Assembly (NCBI RefSeq): GCF_018350175.1
Contig: NC_058368.1
Location: forward strand, 2,976,001 to 3,040,000
Source of the DNA: Felis catus
Lineage: Eukaryota
Direction of reading: 5' to 3'
Length of the DNA stretch: 64,000 bases
This document shows, in pieces, positions 13,593 to 24,697 of this stretch. Below the pieces are notes generated by a model that was not told the DNA's origin, made no database searches, and saw only the letters and a list, made by a program, of their open reading frames with translations. Numbering within the stretch: the stretch's first letter is position 1; each line of letters starts with the position of its first letter. The position numbers and the translations under genes are program-made.

Positions 13593-13835
13593 TTTTTTTT
13601 AATGTTTATCTATTTATTGAGAGAGAGACAGAGAGAGAGCACGATGAGCAGGGAGAGTCAGAGAGGGGAAAGGGGGGGGGAGAGAGAGAGAGAGAGAGAG
13701 AGAAAGAATCCCAAGCAGGCTCCATGCTGTCAGCACAGAGTCCGGTGGGGGGTTCCATCTCATGACCTATGAGATCATGGCCTGAGCTGAAACCAAGAGT
13801 CTGTCACTTAACTGACTCAGCCACACAGGCACCCA
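13593..13835 (-). mobile_element. CAN-SINE
   Basis: Reverse-complement SINE body; TSD gaagacatttct / gaagagatttct. Confidence 0.95.
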
Positions 13836-13877
13836 TTGAAGAGATTTCTAACTGGTATTTTCTACGAACCTTTTAAA

Positions 13878-14092
13878 TCTTTTTTTTTTTTAAATGTGTA
13901 ACTATTTTTGAGAGAGAGAGAAAGAGCGAGCAGGGGAAGGGCAGAGAGAGGGGGAGACATAGAATCGGAAAGCAGCCTCCAGGCACTGAGCTGTCAGCAC
14001 AGAGCCCAACGCGGGGCTCGAACTCACGGACCATGAGATCGTGACCTGAGCTGAAGTCGGCCGCTCAACCAACTGAGCCACCCAGGTGCCCC
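13878..14092 (-). mobile_element. CAN-SINE
   Basis: SINE body; TSD core gaaccttttaaa on both sides. Confidence 0.95.
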
Positions 14093-15311
14093 TCCATGAA
14101 CCTTTTAAAAGAGAGAAATTTGACTGCTTTTTCTTTTTTTCTTTATCTTCAGCCCCGCAGCTGCATCAATTCCTTTTTGAGAAGTGAATGTTGAATTCAT
14201 TTAGATCTCCTGGAAAAAGATCTTTCATGCGCAAAGCTAACGTCTCATCATTGATGTTGCAAAAACCTAAATTTCAAATTTCAAGGAAGGCAGTGTAGTC
14301 CTTTGATAGCTTATCTAAGTGGGAAAGCTAATTTTGTAACTTTTTTTTTCCCTTAACTTTTCTACCTCAGACATCCCTTGGGACTAAATACTCTCTTAAT
14401 ATGAGTTCCATAACTAGTGTTATTCAAAATACTTTCTTACGATAGTATAGTTTTTCATGCAAATTGGTTTATTGGGTATGGCATTAACTTCACCTCTTCA
14501 AATGGAAGAATAAGATGGGTCACACTGTCATAGGACTTGTTTTAAGTTGGCTTCTTTTGGGAATCTTTTCTCCTAGAGAGGCTAGGGTTTAGAGTCCTAA
14601 AGTCGAGTGTAGGATTCCCCTACATGCTCCTCAGGCTCAACTCTCTGCAACACACGTTTGTTATTTTTGTCAGCGTGATTTAGTACCGTGACCTTAGTCA
14701 AGGTGTGGCCTTGCCAGACAGTAAACATGTAAAAAGAATATAATTTCCTTCAGGCAGTAACAGAGATTAGCTGAAGGAAGTTGGCTGGGACCAAGATAGA
14801 ATTAGAGACTGAAATCAAAGGATTTGTTGGTAAGGGTCTAGAAATAATCTACTGTTTTCTTTGTAAAGAGGACTTGGCATGCAGGTCTCTAGTCCTGGTG
14901 AAATCATTTGGGGTGCATATGTGGCTCTCAGTTCTGTGTTTTACACCTCATCTGTAGAAGATGCCCATCGTAGCTTGGATAGCAAAACTCTTCTCTTGAT
15001 ATAGGTGAGTAGATTTCCAAAACCTGAAAGGTTCTAGTTTTTAAGAATTGAATCAGAAATGGATATGTTTACCTTGAGTGTAAGGGCAATTTGTCATCAT
15101 TGAGAAAATCTACATGTTTCTGGTATCCAAAGTATATGTAATACTTAAGAGAAGTCGATATTCAGAGCTTTTGACCAATGTATCTCATGTTGAAAATTTT
15201 CAATGCGTACTTAAGCAATTGATTCTAGACTAGAGATATTGAAATGTGTGAAAGAATTTGACTGAGTTCTAAAGTACAGGTTATAAATTGTTTACAAGAT
15301 TTGTATGTTGA

Positions 15312-15420
15312 GGGGCACTGGGCTGGCTCAGTTGGAGGAGCGTGCCACTCTTGATCTCAAGTTTTAAGTCCCACGTTGGGTGTAGAGATTAATAAAAACT
15401 AACACAAAATAAATAAATAA
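15312..15420 (+). mobile_element. Short, older CAN-SINE (tRNA-like head plus A tail, no CT linker)
   Basis: ggggcactgggctggctcagttggaggagcgtgccactcttgatctc...cccacgttgggtgtagagatt; TSD atttgtatgttga / atttgtaagctga. Confidence 0.85.
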
Positions 15421-15982
15421 ATATTTGTAAGCTGAAATTAAAGCTTATGGAAAATTGTGGTTTTTTGCCCTTATAATTTTAATAATTTGCATATTAGCTT
15501 TAAAAATCTAGTGACTACAAATCATGGTCTCTGTAAACAAAAAACCCCCCTCTAACATCAAAACGCTCGTGATGACACTTTGTCCTGGTGCAGAAACAAA
15601 AGTCCTTTGGAAATAATGAGGAAAAAAAGCTTTTTGATGGGGAAAATGATCCACCTTTAAAGATGAAACACTACATCTTTGTGGGGGAAATGTTGGGTCG
15701 CTTGTTTTCAAAAAACAGTAGAAAATTATGAGATAACTATTAATGGAATAAAAAAGTTAAGATAGAATTGACTAATTAGAGAAAAAGAGTAGAAATGATC
15801 AAACTAACAAAACCAAGGAAATTTTCTTTAAAAAACTGCAATTAGAAATGTCTATACATTTACATATATTATATATAATTTATATATAACTATATTAGCC
15901 ATTATTGTATATGCAAATGAACTGGATAGTATTATTAAAGATGAATATCTTGTGTTGCAATATATACTCACTCTTCACTACT

Positions 15983-16206
15983 TATTTTTATTTATTTTAA
16001 TTTTTTTAATGTTTATTTATTTTTGAGACAGAGAGACAGAGCATGAACGGGAGGGACAGAGAGAGAGGGAGACACAGAATCCAAAGCAGGCTCCAGGCTC
16101 TGAGCTGTCAGCACAGAGCCCGATGTGGGGCGCGAACTCAGGAACAGTGAGATCATGACCTGAACCGAAGTTGGATGCTTACCCGACGGAGCCACCCAGG
16201 CGCCCC
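15983..16206 (-). mobile_element. CAN-SINE
   Basis: Full SINE body ending ccacccaggcgcccc. Confidence 0.96.
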
Positions 16207-16229
16207 TACTCATCACTATAATAATCACA

Positions 16230-17230
16230 CTTAAATGAATACAGAAAGCTTAAAAATAAGGGTAAGAATAGAATAATTTAAAAAGTAATATAAAACAAAA
16301 TAAAACTAATAAAACACCTACCAAAACACCCTAAAAAGTAGAAAATGAGAAAAGCAATGTACAAATATGTAATTAATAGCATTCTATATTCAAATAATAA
16401 TTTTGCATTTCAGATCAGGCATTAATGAGACTAGAGGACTATTAAGTGATCATAAGAGGAAACCACTGCAGTTTCATACCTCTATGGTAAAAAATACAGC
16501 ATATAAGTATATGAAACAAAAACCAGGCAGAATGCTGTATTTGTTTGGTAAGAGCATATTTATGACAAGAAACTTTGATAGACGTTTTTCAGAAATGGGC
16601 AGATCCAGCAGACAAACAATAAGTTAAGTCTTGGAGAAATTGAATAACACAATCAGCAAACAAAAAATAGCTGTGAATATAAGCTTACATCTCCCAAACA
16701 GCAGCTATAGATTTTTGGTATGACTTTCACTCAGAAAAGGCTTCAGTATTTAGCCATGAAGAAAAACTTAATAAATAGAAATTTTCAGGCCCCAGAGTCT
16801 GTTAAGAAGTCACTAAAAACATCTTTTACTACTTGAATTCCAAAAAAGCACACTCCCATAAAACCTTTGGATCAAAAACAGAGTAAAAAGGGAAATCACG
16901 AACTATCTGGAAAGCAGTAAGAATAAAACTTAATACCAAATGTGATAGGGCAGGCACAGCTGACCTCAGAACATTATAGCTTAAATCATTTTGTGATTAA
17001 TGGATAAGTACTAACAATAGGGGGACTAAAGCAAAAGAAAAGAAACTAGGAGAGAATGAATAAAAGTCAAAGTTGACTTTAACAAAATAAAAAATGCCCA
17101 ACAAAAAGTTTCAAATGGGATAATTTAATTCAGAATCATTTTTTTTTTGAAAGGTCAGTAAAATACAACCTCCCAAGTGTCTCGATTCATGGAAAATGAA
17201 AAGTAAAAAGCAAAAACTGACACATTTTGA
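16230..17230 (+). mobile_element. Ancient L1M ORF2 remnant
   Basis: agatccagcagacaaacaataag...ttgaataacacaatcagc, ccttggatcaaaa-like motif, gggaaatcacgaactatctggaa, ttttttgaaaggtcagtaaaat follow L1 ORF2 EN/linker order. Confidence 0.65.
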
Positions 17231-17350
17231 CAGACCATTTGTTATACTCAGTTTGAATAAACAAATTATAAAGAAGGAACTAAACTAGAGTATATTTCGT
17301 GACCCAACAGTCAGTAGATGCTGACAAAGGAGGGTATTTAAAAGGGGAGA

Positions 17351-17540
17351 GGGGCGCCTGGGTGGCTCAGTCTCTTAAGCGTCTGACTTTGGCTCAGCTC
17401 ATGAGCTCAAGGTTCCTGGGTTCAAGCCTCGCCTCAGCCTCTCTGCTGTCAGTGCAGAGCCCGCTTTGGAAATTTTGTCCCCCCTCTCTCTGTCCCTTCC
17501 CGGTTGCTGTTTCTAAAAAATAAATAAACGTCAAAAAATG
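17351..17540 (+). mobile_element. CAN-SINE
   Basis: ggggcgcctgggtggctcag head, aataaataaac tail. Confidence 0.93.
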
Positions 17541-18394
17541 CGAGAAAGAGAAACGTTGCTGTAGATGAGCATATCCTTCAAAGACATTTTTAGCTTATCA
17601 TGTGATGATTTACTGATGAATGCTAAATTTTAAAGTATCTTTAAATTCAATTTAAAAAACGGGGGAGCCAATTTATTTGTTTATAGTTACGACATTTGGT
17701 ATAATGTTTATTGGCACGCTGCACCTTCAAGATATTGAATATAACCTGGGCAATGCACGATGCAAGGTTACCCACATTTTAATAATTTCCTCTCGGTGTG
17801 TGTCTACACTTGAAAATACTGCTGTGACAGGAGAGAAGACTACTATTAATCAAGATAGATATTAAACAGATGGCTGAAAAATACCAATACGATAAAGGAT
17901 TAAATACCTGGGATGTCTCTGATTTTAAGCAACAGTAACAACATGACTTGCGACTACATAAACGTGCGCATTTTGTCACAGATCAAAGAAGAATGGTGGC
18001 TATTAATATATATGATCCTTATTCTACATACGATCCTTTTTCACATAAAGTGAAATTTGACCTTTGAAGATGTTTGTATGAGAAATAAGAATGCCTTTGT
18101 GTCATTGGCAAATAGAATTGAGGAAAAGAGCGGAAAGGTCTCGATTCCAGTCCTTTCCAGGCCTTTACCCCTCTTTCATGAGATACTCCACGAAGTTGTC
18201 ATCTAAGAGAAAACAAAACCAAAAACAATGTCAAAAGAGTTTTTAAAGAGACATAGACATAAAATACAAATAGTAATGAATTTGTTTGTCCATAGTATTT
18301 TGACACTGGTTATCTTATTTGATTTTTTAAAAAACCTAAAAGGCGTAGAGGGTATAGTTTTCATGATCTACACAAGAGATCTAAGATTCAAGTA

Positions 18395-19114
18395 CAGCTC
18401 CTACAGTGGGGGTTATATCCCAGTAAACTCATCGTAAAATGAAAATATTGTAAGGCAAAAAGGCATAGAATACCTAACCTACTGAATGCCTTGGTTCAGT
18501 CAGCATACTTTAAAAAAAAAATTTAATGTTTTATTTATTTTTGAGACAGAGAGAGACAGAGCATGAGCAGGGGAGGGGCAAAGAGAGAGAGAGGGAGACA
18601 CAGAATCCGAAGCGGGCTCCAGGCTCCGAGCTGTCAGCACAGAGCCGGACATGGGGCTCGAACTCATGGACTGTGAGATCGTGACCTGAGCCGAAGTTGG
18701 ACACTTAACCAACCGAGCCACCCAGGCACCCCTAGTCAGCCTACCTGAAGCTGGCTCAGAGCACTTACATTAGCCTACAGTTGGGAAAAATCATTGAACA
18801 CCAAGCCTGTTGAATAATAAAGTGCTGAACAATCCATGTAATGTACTGACTACTGCACTGAAAGTGGCAAACATAATGGCGGGCTGGGACCAGAATGGTT
18901 GTCACCGTGCCGGTTGTTGACCCTCATGGGCGCGTGGCTGACCGGAAGTTGCCGCCACCACCCCGCGTCTCAAGAGAGCATGGAGCCTGGGGAGAGATCC
19001 AAATTCGTCATTCCAAGTATGGTTTCGACTGAATGAGTATTGCTTTCACATCATCATACAGTAAAAAAAAAAAAAAAAGGTAAGCTGAACCATCTTAAGC
19101 CGGGGGACTGTCTG
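18395..19114 (+). mobile_element. Tigger5/MER47-type TcMar non-autonomous DNA transposon, interrupted by a SINE
   Basis: ta|cagctcc...ggggttatatccc start, cacttacattagcctacagttggg core, gaaccatcttaagccgggggactgtctg|tg end, all resembling the recalled MER47/Tigger5b consensus. Confidence 0.85.
18509..18732 (-). mobile_element. CAN-SINE inserted in the Tigger element
   Basis: TSD agtcagcatac / agtcagcctac. Confidence 0.96.
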
Positions 19115-19347
19115 TGAACTGAGTTGATAAAGATAACTTGGCAAGAGGACGGCACCTGAAGATTCTAGAAGACCAGCAGTCTCTTCCTGCCACAGAGCTC
19201 TGCCTAAGCCAAGGGGAATAAAGCTGAAGGCCGATTTTATTCAGTCTCATTCCATCTAGTAATCTACTCGTTTTTAGCATTTATGTGTAAGTAGACCCTG
19301 GTCATCTTAGGGGCAGGTGATACAGTCTCATGAGTGATGATTATGAG

Positions 19348-19348
<1 letters not shown>

Positions 19349-19382
<34 letters not shown>
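19349..19382. repeat. (GT)n microsatellite
   Basis: Direct reading. Confidence 0.95.
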
Positions 19383-20339
19383 TTTAAGGACCTCTTTATA
19401 CAACATAGCATAGAATAGCTGGGAGAAATCCAAGCCAAATAAAGTGAAAGTTGAAGGTGTAAGGACATATTTCCTTAGTGTTCTGGGCTGTGGCCTCAAT
19501 TTCCACAGAATGACGTGGGCCCTTCTCATCTGAGCCACTTGAAACTGCCCTAGACAAAACACTCACAGTCCCAGCCTGGGGGATACGCTTGCCTTGGCAA
19601 GAGGCTGGACTAACCTATTTCTCTGATTCTTATTTTGACATTACAGTGAATATGCAATCTTTCTTTTTAAAACACACACACACGCACACCAACGCGCAAC
19701 CATTGCATCATTTTTCCAGGTGCCTACGGAGTCCGTGTGCACAACTATCGTCTGGACTTCACTGATGAGGGAGTTCGATTAAATCAGTGACGGGCTGCTA
19801 AGTTTTCTGCCCTTTAAAGTGTTCCCTGACTTACACTTCCTGCACAGGAGCTTTGAGGATGAGGGATATAGCTTTTCTCCCAAGTGTTCCGAGGAGAATC
19901 AATGTTACTTCAATGTATGAGGAGAGAAATCTTTACGTTAGGTCTTTCCAATTCCTTTAGTTGGATTTCCAGCACCGTTGTTGTGGCTGAAATACATAAA
20001 TATTTAATGTAATGGGAGCTCCTAAGGATTGCCTCTAAGTTCTTGCTCTCAGATTCGCAATCCTTATCACTTAAAAATTATTTCTTACCTTAGAGATAAA
20101 ATTCACATAACGTGCAATTGATCATTTTAAAGTGTACAATTCATTATTGTTTTAGTGCAGAATTCAGTGGCATTTAGTGTATTCACGATGTGCAAGCACT
20201 GGCTTTCTCTAATTTCAGAACCTTCTCATTACCCTATAAAAACACCCTGTGCCCACTGAGTAATAACCTAATTCTTCCCTCCCCCCAGCCCTTTGGTTAA
20301 TGTCTCTACGGATTTGCCTAGTTCCGGATGTACGTGATA

Positions 20340-20810
20340 CGCGATAGTTAATTTTATATGTCGACTTCACTGGGCCACAGGGTGCCCAGATATTCACTCA
20401 AACATCATTCTGGATGTTTCTGTGAGAGTATTTTTGGATGAGCTTAACATTTAAATTAGTAGAATGTATAAAGCAGATTGCTCTCCCTAACGTGGGTTGG
20501 CCTCATCTGACTAGCTGAAGGCTTGAAGAGACCAAACTCTGACTTCTTCCTATCTGATGGACTTCAAACTGGGACCCTGACGTTTTTCCTATTGTTGGAC
20601 TTGAGCTGAAACATTAGCTTTTCTTGGTCTTGAGCCTAACAGACTTTGGACTGAAATTAAACTTGGCTCTCCTGGGTTTCCAGCTTGCTGATTCACCTAC
20701 AGACCTTGCCAACCTCCAAAATCTCATAAGCCAATTTTTAAATAATAAATCTCATCTTCTGTATATATCTCCTGTTGGTACTGTTTCTCTGGAGAACGCT
20801 GACTAATGTA
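20340..20810 (+). mobile_element. MLT2-type (ERV-L) solo LTR nested in L1
   Basis: gatagttaattttatatgtcgacttcactgggccacagggtgcccagata start, aagcagattgctctccctaacgtggg core, ctgtttctctggagaacgctgactaatgta end. Confidence 0.9.
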
Positions 20811-21076
20811 TCAGGCCGCTAATGTGGCCTTTTGAGTCTGGCTTCTTTTACTTAGCATGATGTATCTGAGTTCATCTAAGGGTAACACGTATCAGTTATT
20901 TGATTCCTTTTCACAGCAGAATATTATTTCATTGTATTTATTTACCTCAATTTATTTATCCGTTCATCCACTGATGAACATTTGGGTTGTTTTATACGTC
21001 TGTCTGTTACGAATAATGCCACTTATTTTTGTGTGCAATTTTATCTGTGGGCATCTGTTTCCATTTCCCTTGGGCA

Positions 21077-21290
21077 GGGGTCTGGGTGGTTCAGTCAACT
21101 GAGTGTTTGACTCTTGATTTTGGCCCAGGTCATGATCCCAGGGTTGGAGGGTTGATCCCCGTGTTGGGCTCCATGGTCAGCATGGACCCTGCTTAAGATT
21201 CTCGTTCTCTCCTTTTGCCCCTCTCTCCTGTTTGCATGCCCTCTCTCTCTCTCTCTCAAATTAAAAAAAAAAAACAAAAGTAAAGAGTAA
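21077..21290 (+). mobile_element. CAN-SINE nested in L1
   Basis: SINE body; TSD atttcccttggg on both sides. Confidence 0.93.
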
Positions 21291-21654
21291 TTTCCCTTGG
21301 GTATATACCTATGAGTGGAATTGCTGAGTCATGTGCAAATTTTATGTGTAAATGTTTGAAGAATTATTACAGTGTTTTCCACAGTGGCTGCACAATGTTA
21401 CATTGTCACCGGCAATGTATGAGGAGGGTTCCTATTTGTGATTTTTCATTTTCTTCATTACAGCCAGCCTCGTGGATATAAAGTGGTATCTCGTTGTGGG
21501 TCTGATTTCTTTTTCCTAAACAAGCAACGATGGTGAATCCCTCTTCGTGTGATTGTTGGTCATCTGCATATATTTATTGAAGATATGTTTATTCAATTCC
21601 TTTGCTCCATTTTTAAACTGTGTTGTTTATTTGTTATTGAGTGTAAGTATTCTT

Positions 21655-21908
21655 TTTTTTAAAGTTTTTTTCATATGAAATTTATTGTCAAATCGGTTTC
21701 CATACAACACCCGGGGCTCATCCCAACAGGTACCCTCCTCAATGCCCATCACCCACCCTCCCTTCCCTTCACCCCCCTCCCCCAGCAACCCTCAGTCTAT
21801 TCTCCGTTTTTAAGAGTCTTTTATGGTTTGGCTCCCTTCCTCTCTAACTTTTTTTTTTTCCTTCCCCTCCCCCATGGTCTTCTGTTAAGTTTCTCAGGAT
21901 TCACGTAA
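21655..21908 (-). mobile_element. 5'-truncated feline L1 3' end nested in older L1
   Basis: atgaaatttattgtcaaatcggtttccatacaacaccc...ctcatcccaaca...ctcctcaatgcccatcaccca; TSD-like tgtaagtattcttt / tgtaactattcttt. Confidence 0.85.
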
Positions 21909-22034
21909 GAGCTGTAACTATTCTTTATTATTCTGTATGCTAGACCCTTAACAGATATGTTATTCCTCACTCTTTCTCCCCTTTCTTTAGATTTCCTTTT
22001 CATTTTCTTAATGACATCATTTGTAACACAGACT

Positions 22035-22095
22035 TCTTAATCTGATGAAATCTGATGAAATCTTAATCTGATGAAATCTTAATCTGATGAAATCT
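22035..22095. repeat. Tandem 16-mer (tcttaatctgatgaaa) about 3.5 copies
   Basis: Direct reading. Confidence 0.9.
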
Positions 22096-24462
22096 CTATT
22101 TCCTTCAGTTGTTCATACTTTTGGAGTCATACTAAGAATCTATTGCCAAATCTGAGGTCATAAAGATTTACTCTTGTGGTTCCTCTATGAGTTTTATATC
22201 TTTAGCTCTTATATTTAGGTCATTGGTCCATTTTGAGTTAAATTTTGTATCTGGTATTTTGTATAAGGTAGGGGTCTCACTTCATTTTTCTGCATGTGTT
22301 TATTCGACTGTCCTCACACCATCTGTTGAAGGGACTATTCTTTATCCATTACACGGGCTTGGCACCATTGTTGAAAAGCAGTTGGCCATGGATGTGTGCA
22401 TTTTTTTCTGAACTTTCAGTTTTATTTATTCTTCCTGTGTCTGTCCTTATACGGTACCACACTGTTCTGATTACTGTAACTTTATGGTAAGTTTTGAGAT
22501 TGGGGAATATGAATTGTATTACTTTATTTTCCTTTTCAGTATTGTTTTGGTTATTTGGGGCCTTCTGTGATTCTATATGAATTGGGGAATTAGGTTTTCC
22601 ATTTCTGCAAAGAAGGCCATTGGAATTTTGATAAGGATTGCATTGAATCTGTATATTTTCTTGGACACTAGAACCATTTTAACGGTAAGTAACTACCACC
22701 ATATCGGCAATATTAAGTCTTCCAGTCTGTGAACATAAGTCTTTCCATATGTTTCAGTTTTCTTTAATTTCTTTCAGCAGTATGTTCTAGTTTTCAGTAA
22801 ACAAGTTTTTCGTCTACTTGGTTAAATTTATTCTTAGCATGCTATTATTAATGGAATCGTTTTATTCATTTCTGTTTTGGATTGTTTGCTCCTGGTGAGT
22901 AGAAACATGGACTTGTTTATGTGTTTATCTTGTAACCTGCAGTGTTGCCAAATTCATCTATTATTTTTAGCCTTTTTTTTGTGGACTCTGGAGTTTTCTG
23001 TATACAAGCTTGTGTCATCTGTGAATAGAGTGAGTTTTATTCCATTCTTTCCAATGTAGATATCTTTCATGATTTTCTTGCCTAATTACTCCGGCCAGGA
23101 CTTCCAGTATAATTATGAACACCAGTGGTCAAAGCAGACATCCTTGTCTTGTTCTTGATTTAGGGTGGAAATTTTAGGTCTTTTGCCGTGAGTATGATGT
23201 TAGCTGATGGTTTTTTTTTTCCTAAACGTCCTATATCATGTTAAGGAGTTCTTTTCTATTCCTAGTGTGCTGAGTGTTTTTGTCATGAGAGGATGCTGAA
23301 TATTGTCCGACACTTTTTCCATCTCTGTTGAGATGATCCACCTTTGCATTCCTGGGGTAACTTTGGCAAGTTTTTGGCCACTATTTCTTCAAATATTTTG
23401 TCTGATATTTCTGTCTCCCCTTTCCTTCTGGGACCCCCATCGCACATATGTTTGTGTACTTGATAGCATGTCATGGAACCCTAGCACTTTTTTTTTCCTG
23501 CTCCTCAGACTGGGTAATATCAATTGAACTACCTTTAAGTTCACTGACTCTTTCCTCCGCCTGTTTGAGTTTTCTGTTGCACACCTCTAAACTTTTTGTT
23601 TTAATTAAAACATTTCAGCTGTTTTATTTTCAGCTCCAGAATTTTTGTTTGTTCTGTTTTGTAATTTCGATCTTTGTATGGGTATTACTGACTCATTCAT
23701 TCATTGTCTTCAGATTGTACAAATCTTTTGCGTTTTACTGACTCATTCATATACTTTAGTTCTTTTTTCAGAGTTTCTTTTAGGTCTTCAAGCAGAGTTA
23801 AGACAATTGATTTCAAGTCTTTGTCTAGTAAGTCCCATGTTTGGGATGGTTTTGTTAATTTATCCTCTCTTCCTGTGAATGGGCCACGATTGCCTGCTTT
23901 TCTGCATGCTTTGTAATTTTTTGTTGTTGTGGAGAAGTGGATGTTTGAATATTTTATGTGTTAACTCTAGAAATCAGATTCCGTCCCCTCTGCAGGGGTG
24001 CTGTTGTTTTTGATGAAACCTGGAGCTGTCTCTTTTCTTAGTGATTTTTCCGATCTATCTTTACAAAGACGTATTCCTTGTCAGATGTGGTCACTGGACG
24101 TCTGTTGTGTTGTCTCTGCAGTTAGTGATTGTCTAATCACAGATAGTTGTCTCTGCAGAGGTTTCCTTAAGTGTCTCGATCCAATAAGAAAAGAAAAATT
24201 TAAAAACGTATCTCCCTTTTTAAATTTCCTCTATCTAATGTGGTTGGAGAATCCACCTTAGTCAGCAGGGGTTGATATAACGGCCAGCCTATGTGCTGGC
24301 CCCTCAGCTATCAAAAAGCAATGGTCAGAATGGATAATCTCTATTTTTGGAAGACAAAGTCCTTTTTGCCAAAACTGGCACTAGAGAACCACACCAGGAT
24401 CGTGGATGCCGTCCACACAGCTGCCTGGGGTTTGGCGATGGGCGATGTTGTCACTGAGTGAA

Positions 24463-24488
24463 ACACACACACACACACACACACACAC
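24463..24488. repeat. (AC)n microsatellite
   Basis: Direct reading. Confidence 0.95.
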
Positions 24489-24650
24489 TCCAATGAAATC
24501 TGTTGGCCTTTTTATACCTCAGGCTTTCCCCTGGGGTGTTACAAGTGTTTGTCTAGACTCCAGAGTTCCACAATGGTTGTTTCAGATAGTTCTTGCTAGC
24601 TCAATCATTTTTTTGGTGGAAGGATCAATTCCTGGTGCTTCCTATTCAGC

Positions 24651-24655
<5 letters not shown>

Positions 24656-24695
<40 letters not shown>
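24656..24695. repeat. (TG)n microsatellite
   Basis: Direct reading. Confidence 0.95.

Positions 24696-24697
<2 letters not shown>

Larger units (their letters stand above)
20085..24657 (-). mobile_element. Old L1M element(s): 3'UTR, ORF2 C-terminal/RT part, joined at ~23360 to ORF1/5' region
   Basis: L1M 3' end (aaattcacataac...ttttaaagtgtacaattc), ORF2 antisense motifs (ggattgcattgaatctgta, ggacttccagta), ORF1 peptide KIFEEIVAKNLPK, 5' start-like caaaatggctgaatagg. Confidence 0.85.

Noticed and set aside
15312..15390. tRNA gene
   Set aside because: tRNA-like head belongs to a CAN-SINE with A tail and TSD; no intact cloverleaf. The same applies to all other SINE heads
22035..22095. CRISPR-like repeat array
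   Set aside because: Direct tandem copies without unique spacers, inside a mammalian L1
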